From Alphaproteobacteria bacterium (GTDB lineage: Bacteria > Pseudomonadota > Alphaproteobacteria > UBA828): DNA of 64,000 nucleotides. The notes below the pieces were generated by a model. It did not search any database. It worked only from the letters and a program-made list of their open reading frames with translations, and was not told the DNA's origin. The DNA is taken from assembly GCA_963422645.2 (NCBI GenBank), contig CAXXVO010000008.1, positions 288,001 through 352,000 on the forward strand. The letters are read 5' to 3'. The stretch's first letter is position 1. Every line of letters begins with the position of its first letter. Below, piece after piece: positions 18,839 to 28,267 of the stretch. A program made the position numbers and the translations under genes.

Positions 18839-20422
18839 ATGGACGATCACACCGTCGCGGTTGATGCGGCACAGACGCCGACCGCGCTGACCTTCGCCAA
18901 CGTCTTCAACGTCGCAGTGCCCTTCATCGACCGGCACCTCGCCGAAGGGCGCAGCGCCAAGGTGGCGATCCGCGATGCGGCAGGCGACGTGACCTATGCC
19001 GAACTCGCCGCCAGCGTGAACCGGGCGGGAAACGCGCTCGCCGCCCTCGGGCTTGGCACCGGCGATCGCGTGCTGATGGTGGTGAAGGACTGCCCCGCGT
19101 TCTTCTATCTGTTCTGGGGCGCGATCAAGGCAGGGTTTGTGCCGGCCCCGCTCAATACGCTGCTGCGCGCGACCGACTACCGCTTCGTGATCGAGAACTC
19201 GCGCGCAGCCTGCATCGTCTGGTCGCCGGAGTTCGCTGGCGAGGTCGAGCCAGCGCTGGCCGAGGCCTCGCACCGGCCGGCGCACGTGTTCCCCGCAGAA
19301 GGCGAGGGCGATAGCTTCGCGGCCCGCCTCGCGGCGGCGTCCGATACACTGGCCCCGGCGCCCGCTGCCGCCGACGATCCCGCCTTCTGGCTCTACACGT
19401 CGGGTTCCACCGGTACGCCCAAGGGCGGCGTTCACCGTCACCGCGACATGGTGGTGACCAGCCAGTATTTCGGGGTCGACACGCTCGGCATCACCACCGA
19501 CGACACCCACTTCTCCGCCGCCAAGCTCTTCTTCGCCTACGGGCTCGGCAACGCCATGACGTTTCCGCTCTGGACCGGCGGCACGGCGGTGCTCCTCGAC
19601 GCCCGGCCGACGCCGGAGACCACGTTTGCCACCATCGAGGCGTTTCGGCCAACCATCTACTACGGCGTGCCGACGCTCTACGCCGCGCAGCGTCAGGCGC
19701 TGGAAAGCGCATCGCCGGATTTTTCCAGCGTGCGTCTTTGCGTCTCGGCGGGCGAACCGCTGCCGGCGGCGATCCTCGAACGCTGGCGCGCTGCCGCCGG
19801 GCTCGACATCGTCGACGGGATTGGCACGACCGAGACCCTGCATATCTTCATCTCCAACCGCCCCGGCAGGGTGGTGCCGGGCACCAGCGGCCGACCCGTG
19901 CCGGGTTACGAGGCGCGCCTGGTCGACGATGACGGGCGCGACGTGGCGCCGGGCGAGACCGGCCACCTGCTGATCCGCGGGCGCTCCCTCATCGCCGAGT
20001 ATTGGGGCGAGCCCGAGCGCACTGCGGCGGCCTTCGAGGGAGAGTGGCTCAGGACCGGCGACACCTACGCGGTCGATGAAGCCGGCTGCTACATCTGCTG
20101 CGGGCGTTCGGACGACATGCTCAAAGTCGGCGGTATCTGGGTCTCGCCCATCGAGATCGAGGCCCGCTTGATCGCCCATCCGGCGGTGCTGGAAGCCGCC
20201 GTTGTGGGCCGCACCGATGATGACGGACTAATCAAGCCCGAGGCCTGGATCGTGCTCGCCGAGGGTCACACCGCGAGCGAGCGCCTGAGCGAGGCGCTGG
20301 TGTCCCACTGCAAGGCCGGGCTCGCTCGCTACAAGTACCCGCGCTGGCTCCGCTACGTCGATCAGTTGCCCAAGACCGCGACCGGCAAGATCCAGCGCTA
20401 CAGGCTGCGCGACGGCGGTTAG
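18839..20422 (+). CDS. Benzoate-CoA ligase family adenylate-forming enzyme
   Basis: FWLYTSGSTGTPKG, FSAAKLFFAYGLGN, DGIGTTE, GRSDDMLKVGG, PKTATGKIQR. Confidence 0.92.
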   Translation: MDDHTVAVDAAQTPTALTFANVFNVAVPFIDRHLAEGRSAKVAIRDAAGDVTYAELAASVNRAGNALAALGLGTGDRVLMVVKDCPAFFYLFWGAIKAGFVPAPLNTLLRATDYRFVIENSRAACIVWSPEFAGEVEPALAEASHRPAHVFPAEGEGDSFAARLAAASDTLAPAPAAADDPAFWLYTSGSTGTPKGGVHRHRDMVVTSQYFGVDTLGITTDDTHFSAAKLFFAYGLGNAMTFPLWTGGTAVLLDARPTPETTFATIEAFRPTIYYGVPTLYAAQRQALESASPDFSSVRLCVSAGEPLPAAILERWRAAAGLDIVDGIGTTETLHIFISNRPGRVVPGTSGRPVPGYEARLVDDDGRDVAPGETGHLLIRGRSLIAEYWGEPERTAAAFEGEWLRTGDTYAVDEAGCYICCGRSDDMLKVGGIWVSPIEIEARLIAHPAVLEAAVVGRTDDDGLIKPEAWIVLAEGHTASERLSEALVSHCKAGLARYKYPRWLRYVDQLPKTATGKIQRYRLRDGG

Positions 20423-20454
20423 CCCTGACATCCCGTTCCCGTCTTTCAGTATCC

Positions 20455-20470
20455 AACCAAACGTTTGTTT
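20455..20470. promoter_or_regulatory. AT-rich palindrome, candidate repressor operator
   Basis: AACCAAACGTTTGTTT with a perfect core CAAACGTTTG, about 65 bp upstream of the LLM gene start. Confidence 0.4.
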
Positions 20471-20533
20471 TATTTCTCTAGCCCGGATAGGATCGCCGAG
20501 ACGGGACGCGGCGAGCGGCGGGAGCGAGTTGCC

Positions 20534-21628
20534 ATGAGCGAGATCAAGTTCGGAACGGTTATTTCGGCGGTCGGCGAGCCCGGCGCGTCCGATTCGGAGC
20601 AGTACGTCGAGGCCCTGGTCGACGCGGACCATGTCGCGGGGCTCGGCTACGACGCGTTCTGGGTGATCGAGCACCATTTCTCGGACTACTTCCCGACGCC
20701 GAGCCCGCTGGTGATGCTGTCCCATCTCGCCGGACGCTATCCTGACATGGACCTTGGGACCTGCGTCCTGGTGCTGCCCTGGTACAGCCCGCTCAGGCTC
20801 GCAGGCGAGATTGCCATGCTGAGCCAGCTGAGCCGGGGCACGCTGCATATCGGCTTCGGGCGTGGCCTCGCGCGCCTCGAATACGATGCCTTCGGCGTTT
20901 CCATGAGCGAAACCCGCGCGCGCTTCCGCGAGTGCCGTGAGGTCATCGGCAAGGCGCTCGCCGGCGGCTCATTCACCCATGGCGGCGAGTTCTTCAACAT
21001 CGAGCGGTCGATCGAGCTCAGGCCGAAGTCCGTGCAGGAGCGCATCAACCTCTACGGCGCGACCAGCAGCCCCGAGAGCGCCGGAATCATGGCCGAGCTC
21101 GACCTCCCCATGATCCGGGTCTCGAACTTCCCAATGCATTTCCACGGAAACGACTTCGCGCGCTGGGACGAAGAGACCCGCCAGCGCGGCGGCTCCACCG
21201 ACGTCAGCCGGCCGATCCTGATCCACGCGGTGCTGGCGGACACCGACGAGGAGGCGGACGCGCTCGCCAAGGAGCATCTCTCGCGCTACTTCGTGAAGGT
21301 GGTCGAGCATTACGAGGCCGACGCCGACCCCTGGAAGGAGCTGGAAGAGTTCAAGGCCTTCAGCAAGTTCATGGCCACCTCCAAGAAGCTGACCAATCCC
21401 GACAATCTGGGGCCGTGGCTCGACCTGCAACTCGTCGGCCGGGCCGAGACCGTGTGCGAGAAGCTCCAGGCCTACGTCGACCTGGGGTTCGACCACTTCA
21501 TCCTGCAGAACGTGACCTACGGCATGCCGCGCGCTTACCGCCACGAGATGTGGGAGCGCTTCGCCCGCGACGTGGTGCCTCACTTCGCGGCCCAACCCGC
21601 GCCCATGCAGAGGGCGAGCGCCGGCTAA
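20534..21628 (+). CDS. LLM class (luciferase-like) flavin-dependent monooxygenase
   Basis: GYDAFWVIEHHFS, PLRLAGEIAML, GFGRG motifs. Confidence 0.9.
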   Translation: MSEIKFGTVISAVGEPGASDSEQYVEALVDADHVAGLGYDAFWVIEHHFSDYFPTPSPLVMLSHLAGRYPDMDLGTCVLVLPWYSPLRLAGEIAMLSQLSRGTLHIGFGRGLARLEYDAFGVSMSETRARFRECREVIGKALAGGSFTHGGEFFNIERSIELRPKSVQERINLYGATSSPESAGIMAELDLPMIRVSNFPMHFHGNDFARWDEETRQRGGSTDVSRPILIHAVLADTDEEADALAKEHLSRYFVKVVEHYEADADPWKELEEFKAFSKFMATSKKLTNPDNLGPWLDLQLVGRAETVCEKLQAYVDLGFDHFILQNVTYGMPRAYRHEMWERFARDVVPHFAAQPAPMQRASAG

Positions 21629-21659
21629 CGACGAGCGCCGGGCTCCGCCGACGACACAG

Positions 21660-22472
21660 TCAGACCGGCCAGGCTTCCCGAAGCACGCCGCCCCGCCGCA
21701 GTACGCCGACGTGGCGGGTAAGCCCCGTCTTGTCGTCGGTCTCGACCAGGACGGCGCAGAGGGTGGCCTCGCCCTCGGCGGGCGCCGCCCGGGGACCGGG
21801 GCGTTTCCGCGTGAAGCGGGCGAGGGGGGCATCGACGGCGAGCCCGATGATCGACTCGTAGTTGCCGCACATGCCGACGTCCGAGATGTAGGCCGTCCCC
21901 TTGGGCAGGATGCGGTGGTCGGCGGTCGGCACGTGGGTGTGGGTGCCCGCCGCCAGCGACACCCGGCCGTCGGCGAGGTACGCGAGCGCCTGTTTCTCGC
22001 TCGTCGCCTCGCCGTGGATATCGAGCACGATCGCATCCACCGACTGTCCGAGCCGGTGCTCCTGCAGCGTCTCCTCGACGCAGGCGAAGGGCTCGCCGAT
22101 GGGGTCCATGAAGAGCTGGGTGAGCACCTGGAAGACGAAGACCGAGCGGCCGTCCCGCGTGCGCAGCAGCGCGCCGGCGCTGCCCGGCGTGCCTTTCGGG
22201 TAGTTGCGGGCGCGGACCAGCCGCCGGTCGGTCTCGATGTAGCTCTCGGTTCCGCGCTGGTCCCAGGCGTGGTTGCCCAGAGTGATCACGTCGGCGCCCA
22301 CCTGATAGAGGGCCTTGCAGATATCGGCGGTGATGCCGAAGCCGCCGGCGGCGTTCTCGCCATTCACGATCACCAGGTCGAGGGCGAGCTCCTCGCGCAA
22401 GCTCGGCAGGTGTTCCGTCAGGATGTCGCGGCCGGGGCGGCCGACGACATCGCCGCAGAACAGAATTCGCAC
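21660..22472 (-). CDS. YmdB/TIGR00282 metallophosphoesterase
   Basis: GDVVG, NGENAAGG, GNHAWD, DIHGEATSEK, GTHTH. Confidence 0.95.
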   Translation of the reverse strand: MRILFCGDVVGRPGRDILTEHLPSLREELALDLVIVNGENAAGGFGITADICKALYQVGADVITLGNHAWDQRGTESYIETDRRLVRARNYPKGTPGSAGALLRTRDGRSVFVFQVLTQLFMDPIGEPFACVEETLQEHRLGQSVDAIVLDIHGEATSEKQALAYLADGRVSLAAGTHTHVPTADHRILPKGTAYISDVGMCGNYESIIGLAVDAPLARFTRKRPGPRAAPAEGEATLCAVLVETDDKTGLTRHVGVLRRGGVLREAWPV

Positions 22473-22497
22473 CGTGCCGCTCCCTTCGCGCTCGCGA

Positions 22498-23097
22498 TCA
22501 GGCCGCGCGCGGAGCGATCGGCATGGCGCCCCGCTCGGTCACAATCCAGTCCAGCGGCTCGTCATGCACTTCGCGCGGCAGACCCTGCATGAGCTGCTCG
22601 GTATAGGCGAGGCCCACGGCGACGATCGGGCGCGTCCGGCGCAGCGCGCGCAGGGAGCGGTCATAGTAGCCGCCGCCGTAGCCCAGGCGGTATCCATCGC
22701 GGTCGTAGGCGAGCAGAGGCACCAGCAGGTGAGTCGGCTGGGCTGGCGCGGCGTCCTCCGTGGGTTCGGGAATGCGGAACGGCCCGCGCGAGAGCGCGGC
22801 GCCCGGCGTCCAGACGCGAAACTGGAGCGCCTCGCCCTTGCCGACCACGGCAGGCAGGCAGCAGACGAAGCCGGCGCCGACAAGCCGCGCCAACAGGGGC
22901 ATGGCGTCGATCTCTTCCCGGATCGCCCAATAGCCGGAGATCAACGCGCCCGCAGGCGTGGGAACTGCGGCCAGGTAGTGGTTGGCGGCCCTCACGCCCG
23001 CGCCCGGCCCCGCGGCCCGCTGTGCGGACCTGCGCCGCGCCAGCGCATACTCGCGCAGCGCCTGCTTGCGGTCGTGGATGGCAGCGCTGTGAGTCAC
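22498..23097 (-). CDS. ygfA: 5-formyltetrahydrofolate cyclo-ligase
   Basis: VPLLAYDRDGYRLGYGGGYYDR, HDEPLD; immediately downstream of 6S RNA. Confidence 0.93.
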   Translation of the reverse strand: MTHSAAIHDRKQALREYALARRRSAQRAAGPGAGVRAANHYLAAVPTPAGALISGYWAIREEIDAMPLLARLVGAGFVCCLPAVVGKGEALQFRVWTPGAALSRGPFRIPEPTEDAAPAQPTHLLVPLLAYDRDGYRLGYGGGYYDRSLRALRRTRPIVAVGLAYTEQLMQGLPREVHDEPLDWIVTERGAMPIAPRAA

Positions 23098-23121
23098 GGC
23101 CGGTTCCCGTCGAAAGAAAAA

Positions 23122-23283
23122 GGACGGCACCGCCTGAACCGTCGCACCCAGAGCTTCCTCCAGGCCTAAGAGACCAGGTGGGCGCCGTGTTGCCAAGACC
23201 GCGGCCTCAGCAGGGACAGCTCCCGAGAAGCGAAAATTGACCGCGGGAAACAGTCGGTGCGACTAATCCGGCAGTAACCGTCC
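23122..23283 (-). ncRNA. ssrS: 6S RNA
   Basis: Between zapA and ygfA; minus strand carries GGGAGCTGTCCCTG and GGCGCCCACCTG; ends GGACGG/CCGTCC and GTCGCACC/GGTGCGAC pair into a closing stem. Confidence 0.88.
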
Positions 23284-23293
23284 GAAAGGGAAT

Positions 23294-23647
23294 CTAGTCT
23301 TTCTCTAGTCGTCCGGCAATATTCTCGATGCGCTCGGCGAGAGCGCCCACGAGCGGCGCGAACTTGGCCTCGAGCGACGCCTCGGCGTCGACGCGGGCCC
23401 TGCGCTCCGCGATCCTCGCCCGCGATTGCAGCCGGTCGAGCTCGTCGTAGGCGTCGGCCAGCTCGTCGGCGACGACGAGGCTGGCCATGAGCAGGAGGCG
23501 GACTTCGCCGACCCGGCCCACGGTCTCCACCAGTTCCTGCGCTCGGCGATCGACATAGGCCGCGAGCTTGGCGACATGCTCTTCCTGGCCGTCGTCGCAG
23601 GAGACCGGATAGCGCCGCCCGCCGATGGTGACCGCAACTTCGCCCAT
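23294..23647 (-). CDS. zapA: Cell division protein ZapA
   Basis: VTIGGRRYPVSCDDGQEEH...RLLLMASLVVADEL. Confidence 0.92.
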   Translation of the reverse strand: MGEVAVTIGGRRYPVSCDDGQEEHVAKLAAYVDRRAQELVETVGRVGEVRLLLMASLVVADELADAYDELDRLQSRARIAERRARVDAEASLEAKFAPLVGALAERIENIAGRLEKD

Positions 23648-23959
23648 CTAGACCCCCAGAATTGCGCGGAGCGACCCGATCGCGTCGTCGAGCCGTTCGG
23701 CCACCGCTTCGTTGGCCTGACGTGTGGTGGCCTGGCGCTCCCTGGTGTCCGTCAGCGCCCGCGCAAGCCGCGCCCGCTCCACCCTGAGGTTCTCGAGATC
23801 GCCGCGCAGCCCATCTCGTTCCCGCTCGACGGCGGAAATCGCGCTCGCCAACGCTGGCGCGTGCGCGTCCTCTCCCAATAGCTGTCCGTTTGCGAGCGCC
23901 TTGTCGAGCCGGTCCACGGCCTGCTCAAGCCGGTCGCTCGCCTTCTTCAACTCCGACAT
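23648..23959 (-). CDS. DUF4164-like coiled-coil protein
   Basis: Coiled-coil pattern ending RLDDAIGSLRAILG; conserved position upstream of zapA. Confidence 0.75.
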   Translation of the reverse strand: MSELKKASDRLEQAVDRLDKALANGQLLGEDAHAPALASAISAVERERDGLRGDLENLRVERARLARALTDTRERQATTRQANEAVAERLDDAIGSLRAILGV

Positions 23960-24083
23960 GAAAAAGACGCTGTTGTTATTGTTGCGGGCTACAAAAATTC
24001 GATCCCCCGCCCGCGTCCGAAACACTAGAGCGCTCCCCGGCGAGCGTCAACTCGCCAAGCCTGGAGACCGGCGTTGGCGAGGC

Positions 24084-25565
24084 TCAGTTGAGGTAGCGCC
24101 GCTGCAGGTGGGCCTTGAAGACCCCGGTGCCGAGCGGCGCGCCGGTGGCGCGTTCGAGCAGAACCGGGCCCTCGTAGCGGGACGCGAGGCCGTGAACATT
24201 GGCCCGGAGCCACCCGAAGAGGGGCGAGAAATCGCCGCGCTCGATAGCCGGCCACAGCGCCGGCTCTTCACGCACCGCCGCATCGAAGAACTGCGCCGCC
24301 ATCAACGCACCGACGGTGTAGCTCGGGAAGTAGCCGAGCTCGCCCACGGACCAGTGGATATCCTGCAGGCAGCCTTGCGCGTCGTTTTCCGGCCTGAGCC
24401 CGAGAAGAGACTGGTGTATTTCAGCCCAGGCGCCGGGGATCTCGTCCACGGCGAGCTCATCCCCGATCAAGGCGCGCTCCAGCCGGTAGCGGAGCATGAT
24501 GTGGGCGGGGTAGGTGACTTCGTCGGCGTCAACCCGGATGGTGCCCGGCTTCACGCAGATCGCCTGCCGGTAAAGCGCCTCCGCGTCGGCAGAGTCTCCG
24601 CCGCTGAGATGTTGACCGAGCAGCGGTGCGAGGAAGCGCATGAAGGACTGGCTGCGGCAGGCCTGCATCTCGATCAACAGCGACTGGCTCTCGTGCAGCG
24701 CCATGCCGCCTGCCTGACCCACCGGCTGGTATCGCCATTCCTTAGGCAGCCCTGCCTCGTAGAGCGCGTGGCCGGTCTCGTGCAGCACCCCCATGAGGCC
24801 GGAAAGAACGTCCGCCTCGTCGTAGCGAGTGGTGATGCGGATGTCGCCGGCGCTGCCGCCGCAGAAGGGGTGGAGGCTGACATCGAGGCGGCCGTGGTCG
24901 AAGTCGAAACCCAGCGCCTTCATAAGGCGCTTGGCGAGCGCCTGCTGCGCGTCGGTGGGTGCGCTCACCGGCGGCGGCGCGTCCGCGCCCGCCTGCGCCT
25001 CCTGCACGCGGCTGAGGAACTCGGGGAGGAAGCTCGCAAGGTCGTCGAAGAGCGGATCAATGGTGGCACAGCTCAGCCCCGGCTCGTGGGAACCGACCAG
25101 CCCGTCGTAGGGCGCGCAGTCGAGCGCCTGGCCCAGTGCCGCCGCCTTCTCGCGCACGAGCCCGAGCAGCGGCGCGAAGGCCGCCGCAAAGGCCGGGAAG
25201 TCGCTCGCGGGCCGGGCCTCGCGCCACACCATCTCGCAGTGCGACGACGCCTCGCTCAGAGCCTGCACCAGGTCCGCCGGCAGCGCCGCCGCTTCGCGCC
25301 AGCGCCGCCACATTCGCGTCAGGTTGGCCCGCTGCCATTCGTCCAAGGTGTCCGCCTCTGCCTCTGCCTCGTCCAGCAGGTCGCAAACGCGGGCATCGGT
25401 CAGCAGCTCGTGGCGGATCAGCGCGAGCTCGGCGAGTTGCGCCGCGCGCGGCTCGGCGCCGCCCGGCGGCATCATCGTCGCCCAGTCCCAATGCAGCATC
25501 GCGGCCGCGCCGCCGAGCAGGCCGAGGCGGCGGAAGCGGGCCTCCAGCGTGCCGTAGGCGCTCAC
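24084..25565 (-). CDS. Carboxypeptidase Taq (M32 family)
   Basis: HPFC, DIRITTRY, HETGHALYE, HESQS, GCLQDIHW, GYFPSY. Confidence 0.95.
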   Translation of the reverse strand: MSAYGTLEARFRRLGLLGGAAAMLHWDWATMMPPGGAEPRAAQLAELALIRHELLTDARVCDLLDEAEAEADTLDEWQRANLTRMWRRWREAAALPADLVQALSEASSHCEMVWREARPASDFPAFAAAFAPLLGLVREKAAALGQALDCAPYDGLVGSHEPGLSCATIDPLFDDLASFLPEFLSRVQEAQAGADAPPPVSAPTDAQQALAKRLMKALGFDFDHGRLDVSLHPFCGGSAGDIRITTRYDEADVLSGLMGVLHETGHALYEAGLPKEWRYQPVGQAGGMALHESQSLLIEMQACRSQSFMRFLAPLLGQHLSGGDSADAEALYRQAICVKPGTIRVDADEVTYPAHIMLRYRLERALIGDELAVDEIPGAWAEIHQSLLGLRPENDAQGCLQDIHWSVGELGYFPSYTVGALMAAQFFDAAVREEPALWPAIERGDFSPLFGWLRANVHGLASRYEGPVLLERATGAPLGTGVFKAHLQRRYLN

Positions 25566-26314
25566 GCCTCGTCCTCGTCCTCGTCCGAGCGGCGGTCTCG
25601 GCGCATATAGATCGCGTAGATCACGGCCAGGCTGATCGCGAGCGCATACCAGATCACGATGTACTGCATGTGCTCGCTACGCAGCTCAATCTTGGTCTGC
25701 CCACCGATGGGCAGGCCGCCCGGGTTGGGGGCGTGGCCGGCGTCGACCAGATAGGACGGCGCGGGAATGCCCGCCTCGGCCGCGAGAGCTTCCGTGTCGG
25801 TCCAGAACCAGATGTTGTTCTCGGGCTCGTTGTCGGGCGTAAACCAGCCGGTGCGCCCGCTGGGCACGACGACGCCTTCGAGGCGATGCATGCCCTGGAT
25901 CTGGCCCCCGAGCCGGGTCTCGGGCTCCTTGTTATCAAGCGGTACCCAGCCGCGGTTGACCAGCACCGCCGGGCCGTCCGCGCGCTCGAAGGGGGTGATG
26001 ATCTGGTAGCCCACTCGGCGGTCGAAGGTGCGCGCGGCGAGGAACATCTCCGCCTCGTGGCGGAACTGTCCTTCCAGCCAGACCCGACGGTAGGTGAAGG
26101 GCGCCGGATCGGCGAGCTCGGCGGGGAGCATAACCGCCTCAGCCTGGAATTGGGCGCGGCGCTCGTCGTTGAGCTCGGTCTTCCACATCAGGCGATGCAC
26201 CTGCCAGGAGCCGAGCGCGAGGAGGATCATGATGCCCGGGATCGCGAACCAGGTCGCCCGGCGCCGGGCGCGTTCGCTGGTCACTTGTGGCCGGGCGCGG
26301 TCAGTCTTCGCCAA
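25562..26314 (-). CDS. SURF1 family cytochrome oxidase assembly protein
   Basis: LGSWQVHRL..K, VLVNRGWVP, HMQYIVIWY. Confidence 0.93.
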   Translation of the reverse strand: MAKTDRARPQVTSERARRRATWFAIPGIMILLALGSWQVHRLMWKTELNDERRAQFQAEAVMLPAELADPAPFTYRRVWLEGQFRHEAEMFLAARTFDRRVGYQIITPFERADGPAVLVNRGWVPLDNKEPETRLGGQIQGMHRLEGVVVPSGRTGWFTPDNEPENNIWFWTDTEALAAEAGIPAPSYLVDAGHAPNPGGLPIGGQTKIELRSEHMQYIVIWYALAISLAVIYAIYMRRDRRSDEDEDEA

Positions 26315-26675
26315 AGCCTGCCGCTCTGTGCCTGTATTGGAGCGCGATCAGGAGCGCCTTGGCGGGCCGCAGCAGGCCAAGGCTCAGGATGGTGATCGCA
26401 GGGAGCCAGAGCAGGGCGTGGAGCCAGTAGGGCGGCGCATGCGTGAACTCCAGCCAGAACGCGAGCGCGACGACCACCCCGCCGACGACGAACATCACGA
26501 AGACGGCCGGCCCGTCGGCGCTGTCATGCCGCGAAAGCTCGAACTGGCACGTACCGCAGCGCTCGGCGACCCGCAAGTAGCCTCTGAACAGCTTGCCGCG
26601 TCCGCACCGGGGGCAGCGGAAGAGCAGGCCGGCCTTCAGGACCGAGACCGGCGGATAGTAGGTCCCATCCGCCAT
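26301..26675 (-). CDS. DUF983 family membrane protein
   Basis: CPRCGRGKLF...C..C...DSADGPAVF...ALQY. Confidence 0.88.
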   Translation of the reverse strand: MADGTYYPPVSVLKAGLLFRCPRCGRGKLFRGYLRVAERCGTCQFELSRHDSADGPAVFVMFVVGGVVVALAFWLEFTHAPPYWLHALLWLPAITILSLGLLRPAKALLIALQYRHRAAGFGED

Positions 26676-26685
26676 GTCGTCTCGA

Positions 26686-27489
26686 TCAACCGCCCCACCA
26701 GTAGATCCAGATGAACAGGAACAGCCACACCACGTCGACGAAGTGCCAGTACCACGCCGCGGCTTCGAGCCCGATGTGCTGGTCCGGCTTGAACTGCCGC
26801 CTGATCGCCCGATAGAGGCAGACCGCGAGGAAGATGGCGCCGACGGTGACGTGGAAGCCGTGGAAACCCGTCGCCATGTAGAAGGTGGAAGGATAGATGC
26901 CATCGCGGAAACCGAAGGCCGCGTGGGCATACTCGTATCCTTGTACGCCGATGAAAGCGACGCCGAGCACCACGGTAAGCGCGAGCCCGAAGATCAGCTG
27001 CTGCTGATTGCCGTGGCGGAGCGCGTGATGCGCCCAGGTCACCGTCGCGCCCGAGGTCAGCAGCAGCAGCGTGTTCACGAAGGGAAGCCGCCAGGCAGGG
27101 ATGGTCTCGACCCCTGGCGGTGGCCACGTGTTGTCGATGACGTCGGTCGGCATGATCGAGGCGTTGAAGAAGGCCCAGAAGAACGCCGCGAAAAACATCA
27201 CCTCGGACGCGATGAAAAGCACCATGCCGAAGCGCAAACCGCGCTGAACCACCTGGGTGTGCTCGTTCTCCACGAGCGCTTCGCGGATCACGTCGCGCCA
27301 CCAGAAGTACATGGTGAGCAGGACCACAATCCCGCCGATGGTCATCAGCCAGATCTGGCCGGTGTGCATGAAGATGACCACGCCGCCGAGCCCCAGGCCG
27401 CCGCCGCCCAAGGCGCCGATAACCGGCCACGGGCTCGGCCTCACCATGTGGTACTCGTGGTTCGCGGTCCCGTGTGCGCTATCCGCCAT
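26686..27489 (-). CDS. ctaE: Cytochrome c oxidase subunit III
   Basis: YHMVRPSPWP, FIASEVMFF, ATGFHGFHV, WYWHFVDVVW. Confidence 0.97.
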   Translation of the reverse strand: MADSAHGTANHEYHMVRPSPWPVIGALGGGGLGLGGVVIFMHTGQIWLMTIGGIVVLLTMYFWWRDVIREALVENEHTQVVQRGLRFGMVLFIASEVMFFAAFFWAFFNASIMPTDVIDNTWPPPGVETIPAWRLPFVNTLLLLTSGATVTWAHHALRHGNQQQLIFGLALTVVLGVAFIGVQGYEYAHAAFGFRDGIYPSTFYMATGFHGFHVTVGAIFLAVCLYRAIRRQFKPDQHIGLEAAAWYWHFVDVVWLFLFIWIYWWGG

Positions 27490-28135
27490 AACTAAGCTCG
27501 CTCCCTGGTCTGGGGCCCGCCGCTTCGGGGCTCGGGTCGCCGGCCGTATCGTCGGTCAGCGCGGCTTCCGTCACGCCCTCTCCGCGCGCGAAGAACGTGT
27601 AGGACAAGGTGATCGTGGTCACGTCGTCGAGCCTGCGATCCTCGACGATGTCGGGGTCTACGAAGAACGACACCGGAAAGTCGGCGCGCTCGCCCGGCGC
27701 CAGCGTCTGTTCTTCGAAGCAGAAACACTCGATCTTGTTGAAGTAGACGCCGGCCTTCACCGGTGTCACGTTGAAGGTCGAGGTGCCGACGAGCGCCTGG
27801 TCGGACTGGTTGACGGCGTTATAGACCGCCATCGCCATCTCGCCGACACGCACCTTGATCTCGCGTTGCTCGGGCTTGAAGTACCACGGCAGGTCGCGCG
27901 CCGTGTCCGCATTGAAGCGGACGGTGACGAGGCGTTCGCCAATCTCCACAGGCGCTTCCTCGGCCACCTGCGTGGTGCCGCCAAAGCCAGTGACCTGGCA
28001 AAAGAGCCGGTAGAGTGGCACCGCGGCGAAGGAGAGCCCGACCATGCTGCAGACCACGCCGCCCAGGATGAGCGCGGTCGCCGCGCGGCGCCGGCTCGCG
28101 CGCTTGCTGGCGGCGTCGGGCGAGCCGGTAGCCAT
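27479..28135 (-). CDS. ctaG: Cytochrome c oxidase assembly protein CtaG/Cox11
   Basis: VPLYRLFCQVTGFGG, FNKIECFCF, ITLSYTF. Confidence 0.95.
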   Translation of the reverse strand: MATGSPDAASKRASRRRAATALILGGVVCSMVGLSFAAVPLYRLFCQVTGFGGTTQVAEEAPVEIGERLVTVRFNADTARDLPWYFKPEQREIKVRVGEMAMAVYNAVNQSDQALVGTSTFNVTPVKAGVYFNKIECFCFEEQTLAPGERADFPVSFFVDPDIVEDRRLDDVTTITLSYTFFARGEGVTEAALTDDTAGDPSPEAAGPRPGSELSYGG

Positions 28136-28136
28136 C

Positions 28137-28256
28137 CTACTCGCCCCCCATCCTGACAATGGTGATCAGGTAGAACAGGATCGCGAGCGCAAGCAGCGCG
28201 CCACCGAGGGCGAAGTTGCGAATCTTGCGCCGGCGCTCGCTGTCCCGGTCTTTCAC
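28137..28256 (-). CDS. Small membrane protein (CoxF/CtaF-like), absent from the ORF track
   Basis: GTG start, 39 aa MKDRDSERRRKIRNFALGGALLALAILFYLITIVRMGGE; fills the gap between ctaB and ctaG. Confidence 0.8.
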   Translation of the reverse strand: MKDRDSERRRKIRNFALGGALLALAILFYLITIVRMGGE

Positions 28257-28267
28257 GACACCATCCC

